From: an uncultured Candidatus Saccharibacteria bacterium
Lineage (GTDB): Bacteria; Patescibacteriota; Minisyncoccia; Minisyncoccales; RBG-13-42-11
Assembly: GCA_964481125.1 (NCBI GenBank)
Contig: CAYZSL010000004.1
Coordinates: forward strand, 1-43,266
DNA length: 43,266 bases
Reading direction: 5' to 3'
This document shows positions 26,027-34,559 of this stretch, in pieces. The position numbers were made by a program, and so were the translations under genes. Below the pieces are notes generated by a model, which saw only the letters and a program-made list of their open reading frames with translations, was not told the origin of the DNA and did not search any database. The first letter of the stretch is position 1; every line of letters starts with the position of its first letter.

Positions 26027-27061
26027 TTAATAAATTATTCCTCCGCCTAAAAGATCCTGACCTTGGTAAAAAACAGCTGACTGGCCAGGAGTAACTGCTC
26101 TTTGCGGCCTCTTGAGTTTCAGGCGCAGAGTTCCGGGTTTCAATCCGTTAACGATAACTGCCGGAACCGCCAAATGGCGGTATCGTATCTTTACTGTCAC
26201 GCCCAAGGGAAACTTTGGCTTTTTCCCGGAAATCCAATTTGCCTTTTTAACAATCAATTCTTCTTTATACAGGTTTTTCTCGTTTTTATCAACAATTAAA
26301 AGATTATTTTTTAAATCTTTTTCCAAAACGTAATAAGGACCGCCGGAAAATCCGATCCCTTTTCTCTGCCCGATGGTATAAAACCACAAGCCCTGGTGTT
26401 CGCCCAATATTTTTCCTTTCAAATCAACAATCTTGCCTGGTTTTACGCCCAATTGCTTCTTTAAAAATACTTCAAACTTGCCCTTAATAAAGCAAATCTC
26501 CTGGGATTTCGGAACATTAACCAAAAATGGCAATTTGAATTTTCTCGCCAGCTTCTCAACTTCTTTTTTAACATAATCTCCGATCGGCAGCAAAACCTTT
26601 TTCAATTGCTTCTGATTCAACCGCCACAAAAAATAGCTTTGGTCTTTTTCCTTGTCTTTGCCTTTGCACAGTTTGAAAACTCGAGAGCGATCTTGAACAA
26701 TCTTAGCATAGTGGCCGGTAGCGACATAATCAGCTTTCAGTTTCAAGGCTTTTCCCAGGAATAAACCGAATTTAATTTCTTTATTGCAAATAATACAAGG
26801 ATTGGGAGTTAGTCCCCCTTTGTTTTCTTTCAAAAAGCAATCTATCACTCTTTTTTTAAACTCTTTTTCCAAATTAAAAATGTGAAAGGGAATCTTTAAA
26901 ATCTTTGCTACTTTCCTCGCCCTTGCTTCTGAAATCTTGTTTTTTGCCCCGGGAAAAAGTTTCATAAAAACACCTTCAACCTCAAAACCCTCTCCTTTTA
27001 AAAGAGCGGCTGCCACAGCACTGTCTATTCCTCCCGAAAGCGCAACAATTACTTTTTTCAT
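26027..27061 (-). CDS. mnmA: tRNA 2-thiouridine(34) synthase
   Basis: PP-loop SGGIDSAV, NPCIICN, and KDQSYFL. Confidence 0.9.
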   Translation of the reverse strand: MKKVIVALSGGIDSAVAAALLKGEGFEVEGVFMKLFPGAKNKISEARARKVAKILKIPFHIFNLEKEFKKRVIDCFLKENKGGLTPNPCIICNKEIKFGLFLGKALKLKADYVATGHYAKIVQDRSRVFKLCKGKDKEKDQSYFLWRLNQKQLKKVLLPIGDYVKKEVEKLARKFKLPFLVNVPKSQEICFIKGKFEVFLKKQLGVKPGKIVDLKGKILGEHQGLWFYTIGQRKGIGFSGGPYYVLEKDLKNNLLIVDKNEKNLYKEELIVKKANWISGKKPKFPLGVTVKIRYRHLAVPAVIVNGLKPGTLRLKLKRPQRAVTPGQSAVFYQGQDLLGGGIIY

Positions 27062-27966
27062 TGTTTTAAAAATCCGCTGACGATCAAATCAATTGCTTCC
27101 TTTTCGCTTAACCCCCTCATCCTCAAATAATTCAGTTCTTCTTCCGATATTTTGCCGATGGAAGCCTCGTGCGTCAATTGAGCTTTTTTATTATGGCAGA
27201 TCAATTCGGGCATCAAAGAAATCTTTGAGCCCTTGTCTACCAGCAATCCCTGGCAATCCAAATGCCCTTTGCCGGCAGCTTTAGCCATAATAGAGCTCTT
27301 AGCTGAAATCTGGCTTTTTTCTTTGCCGACCAGCCTTAATTTAACTATTCCCTGGGAATTCTCTCCCTCAAGATGCAAAACATCATATATATCTATCTTG
27401 GAATTGTTTCTTCCCTGAAAAACAAAATTCATATTAACAGAAGCGTTCTCGCCAGCATGAATCGTTGTTTTCAAAGAAACCTGTTTTGGCGGAAGCAGAT
27501 TCTGATAATTATAAACCAAAGAAGAGTCTTTTCCGAGAATGAATTCGTAATCAGGGCTGACAAAATCTTTCTGTCCCCACTTGTGAAAATGATCGTATTC
27601 CAAACTGGCTCCTTCTTTAAGAATAAGCTTGCCTTGGGCCCTATGGCTGCCGTATAAATTGTTTTTAGCTGCATTGCAAATAACATTGGCTTTGGCTTTT
27701 ATATTCTTTTCAATAACCATGAGGTTGGTCAAATTCTGGGAAACTTTGGGTGAAGCAATAGTTAAACAAGTAGCCAAAGGAAAATCAGTCTGCTTTTTAA
27801 CCCAGACAAAATATCCTTCTTTTGGCTTCTTGGTAAAATAAGGCCTTGTCCAGGCGAACTTCAACCAGGCCTGGAGACTTGGCAGGACAATAACCCCTTC
27901 CAATCCGAAAATATTCTTTACCTTGTGGTCAATTTGAAGATAATTTGCATTTTTTGCATTTATCAT
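27058..27966 (-). CDS. SufB/SufD-family Fe-S assembly protein (short, 302 aa)
   Basis: C-terminal LTHEASIGKISEEELNYLRMRGLSEKEAIDLIV is typical of SufB/D. Start overlaps the sufC 3' end by 38 nt. Confidence 0.8.
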   Translation of the reverse strand: MINAKNANYLQIDHKVKNIFGLEGVIVLPSLQAWLKFAWTRPYFTKKPKEGYFVWVKKQTDFPLATCLTIASPKVSQNLTNLMVIEKNIKAKANVICNAAKNNLYGSHRAQGKLILKEGASLEYDHFHKWGQKDFVSPDYEFILGKDSSLVYNYQNLLPPKQVSLKTTIHAGENASVNMNFVFQGRNNSKIDIYDVLHLEGENSQGIVKLRLVGKEKSQISAKSSIMAKAAGKGHLDCQGLLVDKGSKISLMPELICHNKKAQLTHEASIGKISEEELNYLRMRGLSEKEAIDLIVSGFLKQ

Positions 27967-28639
27967 AGCCGTATCTCTTAATGCTTCTTAAAACTTTCCT
28001 GAAATCTTTTTCCTGACAAATAACCCTGCCATCAACTATTACGTTGGTGATGTCGGGCTTTAAAAAATTCAAAATTGTCCCAGAATGGGTTATCAGCAGC
28101 ACGGAAACTTTTCTATCTAATAATAGTTTTTTAATGGTTTTGGCAACGGTTTCTGTCTTCTTCAAATCCAAGCCGGAATCAATTTCATCGAAAATAACGA
28201 GTTTGGGATTCAAAGCCAGAATCTGAGCGAGCTCAGCTGCTTTTTTTTCCCCTCCCGAAAAATCAAGATTGACCTCTCTATCCAACAAATGTTCTATCAT
28301 TTCAGTATTGTTTCGGTTTTTTGAAATCTTTTCCAAAAGCCTTGAAAGCTTAACTCCCTTAATCGCTGGAGGAGACTGCCAAGATAAAGCCAAACCCAGT
28401 TTTACTCTTTTTTCCGGAGAAAGCCTTTTGATTTCTTTTCCGCAAAACAGAATACTGCCTTTGGTTACTTTATATTTTGAATTGCCTAAAATCGCCTGGG
28501 CTAAAGTGCTTTTACCGGAAGCATTAGGCCCCAAAAGCGCCTGGATTTGACCCCTTTCCATTTCCAAATCAAAACCTTTTAATATTTCTTTACCGTTTCC
28601 CTTAACGTGCAGGTTTTTAATCTTTAATAATTTGCTCAT
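27929..28639 (-). CDS. sufC: Fe-S cluster assembly ATPase SufC
   Basis: Walker A GPNASGKST, signature FSGGEKK, Walker B LVIFDEIDSG, plus an extra C-terminal tail ...DKCKKCKLSSN. Confidence 0.9.
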   Translation of the reverse strand: MSKLLKIKNLHVKGNGKEILKGFDLEMERGQIQALLGPNASGKSTLAQAILGNSKYKVTKGSILFCGKEIKRLSPEKRVKLGLALSWQSPPAIKGVKLSRLLEKISKNRNNTEMIEHLLDREVNLDFSGGEKKAAELAQILALNPKLVIFDEIDSGLDLKKTETVAKTIKKLLLDRKVSVLLITHSGTILNFLKPDITNVIVDGRVICQEKDFRKVLRSIKRYGYDKCKKCKLSSN

Positions 28640-29034
28640 TTTTTTATTAAATCAGCCAAGGTTATTGAATTTAAAGCAGAATCCAAAGTTTTTTGGATTT
28701 TAAACCAAAAACTTTTAGCCAAACATTTCCTTGCCATAGGGCATTTACCTTTGGCCGTGCATTTAACTAGACCTTTGCTGTCTTCCAACGAATTAAGTAT
28801 TTCGCTGATTCTTATTTTTGAAGGCTTCTTAGCTAAAAAGTATCCACCCTGGACTCCTTTTTTCGCCATAACTAATCCAGTTTTTTCCAATCTAGAAAGT
28901 ATTTTCTCCAGATAATCGAAAGAAATCCCTTCTTCTTTTGAAATAAATTTCAAGGGACAAATATCTTTTTTGCATTTTGCCAAATAAACCATCGCTCTAA
29001 GTCCGTATTGTGATTTAGTGGATATTTTAAACAT
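28636..29034 (-). CDS. Rrf2-family transcriptional regulator (IscR/SufR-like)
   Basis: N-terminal wHTH STKSQYGLRAMVYLA and three Cys (C92, C98, C104) in the C-terminal half. Confidence 0.85.
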   Translation of the reverse strand: MFKISTKSQYGLRAMVYLAKCKKDICPLKFISKEEGISFDYLEKILSRLEKTGLVMAKKGVQGGYFLAKKPSKIRISEILNSLEDSKGLVKCTAKGKCPMARKCLAKSFWFKIQKTLDSALNSITLADLIKK

Positions 29035-29060
29035 AAAAGCCGACTAATTCAGTCGGTTTT
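29035..29060 (-). terminator. Hairpin CCGACT-gaatt-AGTCGG plus CTTTT, ending at the rrf2 ATG
   Basis: Minus strand reads AAAACCGACTGAATTAGTCGGCTTTT-ATG. Confidence 0.5.
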
Positions 29061-29089
29061 ATTGTATCTCTGCCAAGAACCTCTGTCAA
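29061..29089 (-). promoter_or_regulatory. TTGACA-17-TACAAT promoter for the rrf2-suf operon
   Basis: The -35 overlaps the gpm stop codon. The predicted start site (~29053-29055) falls inside the 5' arm of the hairpin. Confidence 0.5.
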
Positions 29090-29661
29090 GTCACTATGTC
29101 ATATTCTTTCAAGCCGCCCGTCGGTATTTCAAAATTGATGATCTGTTCGTCAGGAATATTCTCAAGATGTTTCACTAAAGCCCTCAAACTGTTATGGCTG
29201 GCCACCACCAGAACGTTTTTCCCTGATTTTAAATCTTTTTCAATGTGTTCTTCGTAAAACGGCACCACTCTGTTATATACGTCTTTCAGGCTTTCTCCTT
29301 CTGGCGGCGCATCATTCCATCCTCTTCTCCACAATCGGACCTGTTCTTCGCCATATTGCCTTTTAATATCGTTTTTATTCAATCCTTGCAGCCTTCCGTA
29401 ATTCCTTTCGTCCAACGCTTTGTCGACAACAACAGGCAAATCTTTTTTGCCAAGACTCTCCAAAATTAAAGAAACAGTTCCCCTGTTTCTAATCAAAGGC
29501 GAGGTATAAACTTTATCAATTTGAAAACCAGCCATTTTCCCAGCAACCTCTTTTGCACTCTCAATTCCCTCTTCACTCAAAGGAATATCGGTCCAGCCGG
29601 TAAAGCGATTTTCCTTATTCCACTGCGATTGTAAATGCCTTAATAAAAGCAATTTAGCCAT
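29086..29661 (-). CDS. Histidine-phosphatase family protein (dPGM-like phosphoglycerate mutase, short)
   Basis: LLRHLQSQWNKENRFTGWTDIPLSEEG matches the dPGM N-terminal pattern. 191 aa. Confidence 0.75.
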   Translation of the reverse strand: MAKLLLLRHLQSQWNKENRFTGWTDIPLSEEGIESAKEVAGKMAGFQIDKVYTSPLIRNRGTVSLILESLGKKDLPVVVDKALDERNYGRLQGLNKNDIKRQYGEEQVRLWRRGWNDAPPEGESLKDVYNRVVPFYEEHIEKDLKSGKNVLVVASHNSLRALVKHLENIPDEQIINFEIPTGGLKEYDIVT

Positions 29662-30841
29662 GAATTTCTTTTTCGATTTTTAATAATCTGCTATATTTTG
29701 CCATTCTTTCCGGTTTTGAGGGAGCGCCGGATTTTATAAAATCAGCTCCGATACCGACAGCCAGATCAGCGATGAAATCATCCATGGTTTCTCCCGAACG
29801 GTGGGAAACGATTATTTTCCATCCGTATGATTTTGCCAGCTTGGAAGCTGTAATCGCTTCAGAAACCGTACCGATCTGATTGGGTTTTATAATTACGGCA
29901 TTGCAGGCTTTTCTCTTTTTGGCCAGCTTGATTCTGCCGGGATTAGTGACAGTCAAATCATCTCCGACAATCAAAAGTTTTTTAAACTTTAAATTCATTA
30001 ATTTCCACCCCTGCCAATCTTCTTCAGAAAAAGGATCCTCTATAGCGATTATAGCAGAATATTTTTTAAGAAGGCCAACATAGAAATCAAGCATTTCTTT
30101 TCTGTTCCTTTTTTCTCCCTCGAAGAAATATTTCCCTTTTTTAAAAAATGAAGAGGCAGCAGCATCTAAAACAATTCTTGCCTTATTTTTTAAACCGGCT
30201 TCTTCTACAGATTCAATTATTCTATCAAGAGCTTCTTCTGTTTTTTTGGCAGTTGCCACAAAAGCACCTTCTAGACCCAAAATCGCAGCTGATCTGCCGT
30301 ACTTTTTAATTAAATTCTTCCCTAAAAGACCATATACTTTCTTGCTTTGAAAAAAACTTTCCTTGAAAGAACTTTTAGGAAAAACCACCATAAACTCCTG
30401 GATGTTCAGCTTATTTTTGGCGTGAAGCCCGCCTTCAATCTGCAAAACCAAAGGATAAGGAATTCTCGGCTTTGTACCGGCAATTGCAGAAATCCATTTC
30501 CAAAGAGGCAGTTTTTTGCTTCTGGCTCCTGCCCTTAAAACAGCGATGGAAGCAGCTAAAGTGGCATTTGCCCCAAAGCGGGACTTGTTTCTGGATAACC
30601 ATGCATCTATCTGCTTTTGAGAAATAGCATCTATTCCAATAAGCTTTTTGCAAATAACTGAATTAATACTTTTAATAGCTGTTTTTACATCCTTGGTTTT
30701 TGCTTCAAATCTGCCTTTTGACGTGCCAGCAGGTACTGAAGCTGAAAACCTGCCAGAGTCAGTAATAACTTGGGCGGCTACTGTCAGATTACCCTTTGAA
30801 TCAAGAATACTTTTTGCTTTGATTCCTTTAATTTCAGCCAT
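29654..30841 (-). CDS. eno: Enolase
   Basis: ILDSKGNLTV, SVPAGTSKG, IKPNQIGT, SHRSGET. Confidence 0.9.
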   Translation of the reverse strand: MAEIKGIKAKSILDSKGNLTVAAQVITDSGRFSASVPAGTSKGRFEAKTKDVKTAIKSINSVICKKLIGIDAISQKQIDAWLSRNKSRFGANATLAASIAVLRAGARSKKLPLWKWISAIAGTKPRIPYPLVLQIEGGLHAKNKLNIQEFMVVFPKSSFKESFFQSKKVYGLLGKNLIKKYGRSAAILGLEGAFVATAKKTEEALDRIIESVEEAGLKNKARIVLDAAASSFFKKGKYFFEGEKRNRKEMLDFYVGLLKKYSAIIAIEDPFSEEDWQGWKLMNLKFKKLLIVGDDLTVTNPGRIKLAKKRKACNAVIIKPNQIGTVSEAITASKLAKSYGWKIIVSHRSGETMDDFIADLAVGIGADFIKSGAPSKPERMAKYSRLLKIEKEIHG

Positions 30842-31778
30842 TTTTTTGGAGATAATTTGAAACGGCTAAAAGCGCTTTGGTCCCTTCGCCGGCAGCCACA
30901 ACTATCTGCTTGAAGATAACATCGCTGACATCTCCTGCGGCAAAAAGCCCTGGAGTTTTTGTTTGCATTGTTTTATGGTCAATAACTATTTCATCCTTTT
31001 CACTGAAATCAACCAAGCCTTTGACAAAAGAAGTGGCAGGCTGAGATCCTATTTCAACGAAAATGCCTCCGACTTTCAAAGAAACTATCTTTTTCGTTTC
31101 ATTATCCTGGTAAACCAAAGATTCAACAAAGTTCTTCCCTTCCACCTTTTTCAAAGCAGCTGAAGTTATCACTTTGATTTTTCCTGTTTTCCTGGCTTTT
31201 TGCTGTATTGATTCCTCGGCCATGATTTTTGAAGAATATTCCAGGATATATAATTTTCTGGCCCAACCGGCCAGAAACAGAGCTGCTTCAAACCCGGAAT
31301 TTCCTCCTCCGACAACTGCCACGTCTTTTCCTGCATATAAAGGAGCATCGCAGGCTGTACAGTAAGAAACACCTTTGCCGATGAATTTCTTTTCCCCTAG
31401 CGCTTCCAAGGGCCTAGGATCAGCGCCGGAAGCAATAAGAATTGTCTTGCTCCTGAATTCTTTTTTCTTTCCGGTTAAAACCGAAAAAATCTTTCCTGCT
31501 TTTTTAATTTTTGAAACCAACGCAAGCTCGATTTTAATTTGGCCTTTATTGAGCTGTCCAGAAGTGAATTTCCTTAGGTGTTTTTCGAACTTTTTAATCA
31601 AATCAAGTCCGGATATTTCCTCAAACCCGGGATAATTCTCAATAGCTACCGCTTTCCTGGCCATTTGCCCGCCAAAGCTCTTGGTTATTAAAAGCGCGTT
31701 TAAGCGCTGCCTGGAAGCATAAATGCCGGCAGCAACGCCGGCAGGTCCGCCACCAATTATTATGACGTCGTAAATCAT
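30834..31778 (-). CDS. trxB: Thioredoxin-disulfide reductase
   Basis: IIGGGPAG, redox CTAC, GGGNSG, FAAGDV. Confidence 0.85.
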   Translation of the reverse strand: MIYDVIIIGGGPAGVAAGIYASRQRLNALLITKSFGGQMARKAVAIENYPGFEEISGLDLIKKFEKHLRKFTSGQLNKGQIKIELALVSKIKKAGKIFSVLTGKKKEFRSKTILIASGADPRPLEALGEKKFIGKGVSYCTACDAPLYAGKDVAVVGGGNSGFEAALFLAGWARKLYILEYSSKIMAEESIQQKARKTGKIKVITSAALKKVEGKNFVESLVYQDNETKKIVSLKVGGIFVEIGSQPATSFVKGLVDFSEKDEIVIDHKTMQTKTPGLFAAGDVSDVIFKQIVVAAGEGTKALLAVSNYLQKNG

Positions 31779-31784
31779 ATATAT

Positions 31785-33149
31785 TTATCCTTTTTCTGTT
31801 TTCTTTCTCAAAAAAGCAGGAGATTCCCAGATCTTTTCCTTCTCCGCCATTTCTTTTTCAATATTGTCCGCTTCCTGCCTTATTTGCAAAGCGTTTTTCC
31901 TTACTTTGTCGTTCTCGGAATTCGGAACCTCTTCTTGCTTGGTTTCTGGTTCTACTTTTACTTGCTTTCTCTTTTTTCTGACTTTGATTTTCTTTTTAGG
32001 AACGGTTCTTTTCTTTTTTGCAATAGTTTTTGGTTTTTCAATCTTTTGCTCTTTTGGCTTTCTTCTAACTTTTCTCTTAACCGGTTTTGTGGGCCTAGCT
32101 TTTCTCTTCTTGGAAGAACCGATTTTCATTCCGCAGCCTGTCGCTAAAAGAATTGTTTTTATAACATTGGAATATTTCTTGTTCTGGGCAATGCCGAAAA
32201 TGATCTTAGCTTCAGGGTTAGCCAAATCTGAAATCGCCCTTGATATCTGGTTAACGTCAGAAAGCGAAAGATTCCTTTCTCCGGCAATATTAAATAAAAT
32301 TCCTTTGGCTCCCCGAATAGTGTAAGGATACAAAGGAGAACTGAGGACCTTGGCGGCAATGTCTTTCATTGCGCCTTCTTTTCTTTCTACTTCAACCGTA
32401 TTCAAATAAGCCAATCTTCCCCTGCCCTCGAGAATCGTCCTGAAATCGGCAAAATCAATATTGATTAAACCTGGCTCGTAAATCGTTTCAATCAATCCGC
32501 CCAGGCTTTCCGACAAAAACTTATTAATAACGGATAAGGCATCTCTCAAAGGAGTGTCTTTATTGATAATCTGGAAAACTTTTTCATTGGGAATAATAGC
32601 AACTGCATTCAAATAATTCTTCACTTCCTTCAAAGAATTGATAGCTATTTCCATTTTCTTTTCGCCTTCAAATTTAAAAGGCAGAGTGAATATTCCAAAA
32701 GTAAGATTGCCAAGGTTTTTGGAAAGCCTGGCAAAAGTCGAGATGGCTCCGGATCCCGTACCGCCGCCTAAACAAGCAACCAGAATACACAAATCATTAT
32801 CTTCCAAAAGTTTCTTGATTCTTTCTTTTTCGCTTAGAGCTGCTTCTCTCCCTAATTCTACATTCATACCAGTCCCCAATCCATGAGTTAAACTCTGGCC
32901 AAATTGGAATTTTGCCACTTTCCTGCTGCAGCCCTTCAGAGATTTAGTGTCGGTATTAGCTACGACAAAACTAGCCTTAGATATTTTCGAGGAAATTTCA
33001 GAAACAATATTGCCGCCCCCTCCGCCAATACCAATAACCCTGATCTTGGTTCTTTTTATCTGTTCAGCTTTATCTTTTTGGTCCATTTTCTCAGGCTTTA
33101 CGGGCTTTGGAGCAGCCTTTTTTGAGGTTTTTTTAGATTTTTTAGCCAT
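31785..33149 (-). CDS. ftsZ: Cell division protein FtsZ with a long Lys/Arg-rich linker
   Basis: GIGGGGGN, GGGTGSGA, and the C-terminal peptide SPAFLRKK. Confidence 0.95.
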   Translation of the reverse strand: MAKKSKKTSKKAAPKPVKPEKMDQKDKAEQIKRTKIRVIGIGGGGGNIVSEISSKISKASFVVANTDTKSLKGCSRKVAKFQFGQSLTHGLGTGMNVELGREAALSEKERIKKLLEDNDLCILVACLGGGTGSGAISTFARLSKNLGNLTFGIFTLPFKFEGEKKMEIAINSLKEVKNYLNAVAIIPNEKVFQIINKDTPLRDALSVINKFLSESLGGLIETIYEPGLINIDFADFRTILEGRGRLAYLNTVEVERKEGAMKDIAAKVLSSPLYPYTIRGAKGILFNIAGERNLSLSDVNQISRAISDLANPEAKIIFGIAQNKKYSNVIKTILLATGCGMKIGSSKKRKARPTKPVKRKVRRKPKEQKIEKPKTIAKKKRTVPKKKIKVRKKRKQVKVEPETKQEEVPNSENDKVRKNALQIRQEADNIEKEMAEKEKIWESPAFLRKKTEKG

Positions 33150-33155
33150 TGATTT

Positions 33156-33161
33156 AATATA
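33156..33161 (-). promoter_or_regulatory. -10 box TATATT 6 nt before the ftsZ ATG
   Basis: Minus strand reads TATATT-AAATCA-ATG. Confidence 0.4.
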
Positions 33162-33234
33162 CCTTTCCTCTATTTTTTTTCAACCTCCGCTTTTAACTCT
33201 TTCTATTTTACCCTTTAAAAAAACTGTGTGCAAG

Positions 33235-33822
33235 TTAAAAACTTTTGAACCCCCTACAGATAATATAGAATTCCTTGCTCGTGCTGATAACTGCTTTCGG
33301 CCTGAACCTTTTGGCAAAATCAAAATGTTCTTCCACTCTTTTAAAAAACTCGCTGCTTGATTCATTCTCAAAAACCTTGCAGACGAAATTTCCGCCAGGT
33401 ATTAAAATTGATCTTGCGATTTCAAAAGATTTTTCCGCCAATTCCAAAGATTTCTCAGCATCAAGAAATTTCACCCCGGAAGTTTTGGGCGCCAAGTCAG
33501 AAACCACTACCTGGAACTTTTCTTCGAAATCATATTCTTTCAAATCAAAGATGTTTTTTTTAATAAATGAAATATTTGGCTTATTAATTATTTCAATATC
33601 TTCTGTATCAACGCCCACTGCTTTACCTTTGTTTCCTACTTTTTGAGAAATGTACAAAAGCCAGGAACCGGGGACAGAGCCCAAGTCCAAAACACTATCT
33701 CCTTTCCTGATAATCTTATACTTTTCGTTTATTTCCTTTAATTTATAGACCGACCTGGCCGGATATCCTTGTTTTTGGGCCAAGATCGTATAAGGATCCT
33801 GTTTTCTGTCTTTTCTGTACAT
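33235..33822 (-). CDS. rlmE: 23S rRNA 2'-O-methyltransferase RlmE (FtsJ)
   Basis: RSVYKLKEINEKY, DLGSVPGSW, VVSDLAPK. Confidence 0.9.
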   Translation of the reverse strand: MYRKDRKQDPYTILAQKQGYPARSVYKLKEINEKYKIIRKGDSVLDLGSVPGSWLLYISQKVGNKGKAVGVDTEDIEIINKPNISFIKKNIFDLKEYDFEEKFQVVVSDLAPKTSGVKFLDAEKSLELAEKSFEIARSILIPGGNFVCKVFENESSSEFFKRVEEHFDFAKRFRPKAVISTSKEFYIICRGFKSF

Positions 33823-33832
33823 TATTATAAAA

Positions 33833-34489
33833 TTATCTTTTACTGATCAATTCCCTAATGGCGTCAGTAGCAACCCACTGGGCTGCTTTTGAATCAATCT
33901 TTTGTATTTCTTTTGCAAGCTTAATTGATTTCTCCCGTAAAACAGCATTCCTCTTTCCTATCTGCCTTAATGCCCAGTTGACTGCTTTTTTAACGAAATT
34001 CCTCTCGTCAATCGAATATTTTTTAATAATTGGAAAGAATTTAACGAAATCTTCGTTTTTCGCTTTTTTGTCGTGAACAGCCAAAGAAGCCATTAAAGCA
34101 AAACCGGCCCTTCTGACGAATTCTTCTTTCCTTTTTGTCCATTCAATAGCTTTTTTCCGACCAAAAGGCGTTTTGTCAAAAAGGTTCATACAGCACTGAT
34201 CACACAAGTCCCAGGAATTGAATTCTTTCACCCATGATTCCATCTGCTTTTCAGTCACCCTATCAGGACTATCAATTATGGAAGCCAGTATTCTGACCTC
34301 ATGAATCTTGCTCCTCCACAAATCCTGAGCCAATTTATGATCTTTGCCGATTTTTCTGGCCAAATCCCTTAAAACAGGAACACGAACGCCCAAAGCGTAT
34401 TTCGGATTAATACCGAACCTGGCCATGCCTGCCACGTTCTTGGCATTGGAAAAAGATTTCAGTTTTTTAATAATTTCTTTGCTGTTCAT
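33833..34489 (-). CDS. DNA alkylation repair protein (AlkD-like HEAT repeats)
   Basis: NVAGMARFGI, LRDLARKIGKDHKLAQDLW, HEVRILA, and WDLCDQC match the family pattern. Confidence 0.8.
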   Translation of the reverse strand: MNSKEIIKKLKSFSNAKNVAGMARFGINPKYALGVRVPVLRDLARKIGKDHKLAQDLWRSKIHEVRILASIIDSPDRVTEKQMESWVKEFNSWDLCDQCCMNLFDKTPFGRKKAIEWTKRKEEFVRRAGFALMASLAVHDKKAKNEDFVKFFPIIKKYSIDERNFVKKAVNWALRQIGKRNAVLREKSIKLAKEIQKIDSKAAQWVATDAIRELISKR

Positions 34490-34495
34490 TCTGTT

Positions 34496-34504
34496 ATTCT
34501 ACCA
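34496..34504 (-). promoter_or_regulatory. Extended -10 TGGTAGAAT 6 nt before the ATG
   Basis: Minus strand reads GGGCGGTTTTTTGGTAGAAT-AACAGA-ATG. Confidence 0.55.
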
Positions 34505-34547
34505 AAAAACCGCCCTTAAGGCGATTCCAATGATTTAACCAATATAG

Positions 34548-34553
34548 TAGAAT
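34548..34553 (+). promoter_or_regulatory. -10 box TAGAAT 6 nt before the ATG (divergent partner)
   Basis: Plus strand reads TAGTAGAAT-AAAAGC-ATG. Confidence 0.5.
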
Positions 34554-34559
34554 AAAAGC

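Noticed and set aside
935-33360. Many 60-180-aa antisense or overlapping ORFs, for example 935..1225, 3468..3800, 5102..5473, 6809..7348, 9362..9619, 24182..24637, 31864..32325 and 32947..33360.
   Set aside because: They are shadow frames opposite confidently identified genes. Their products are low-complexity (S/F/L-rich) and none has its own promoter or RBS.
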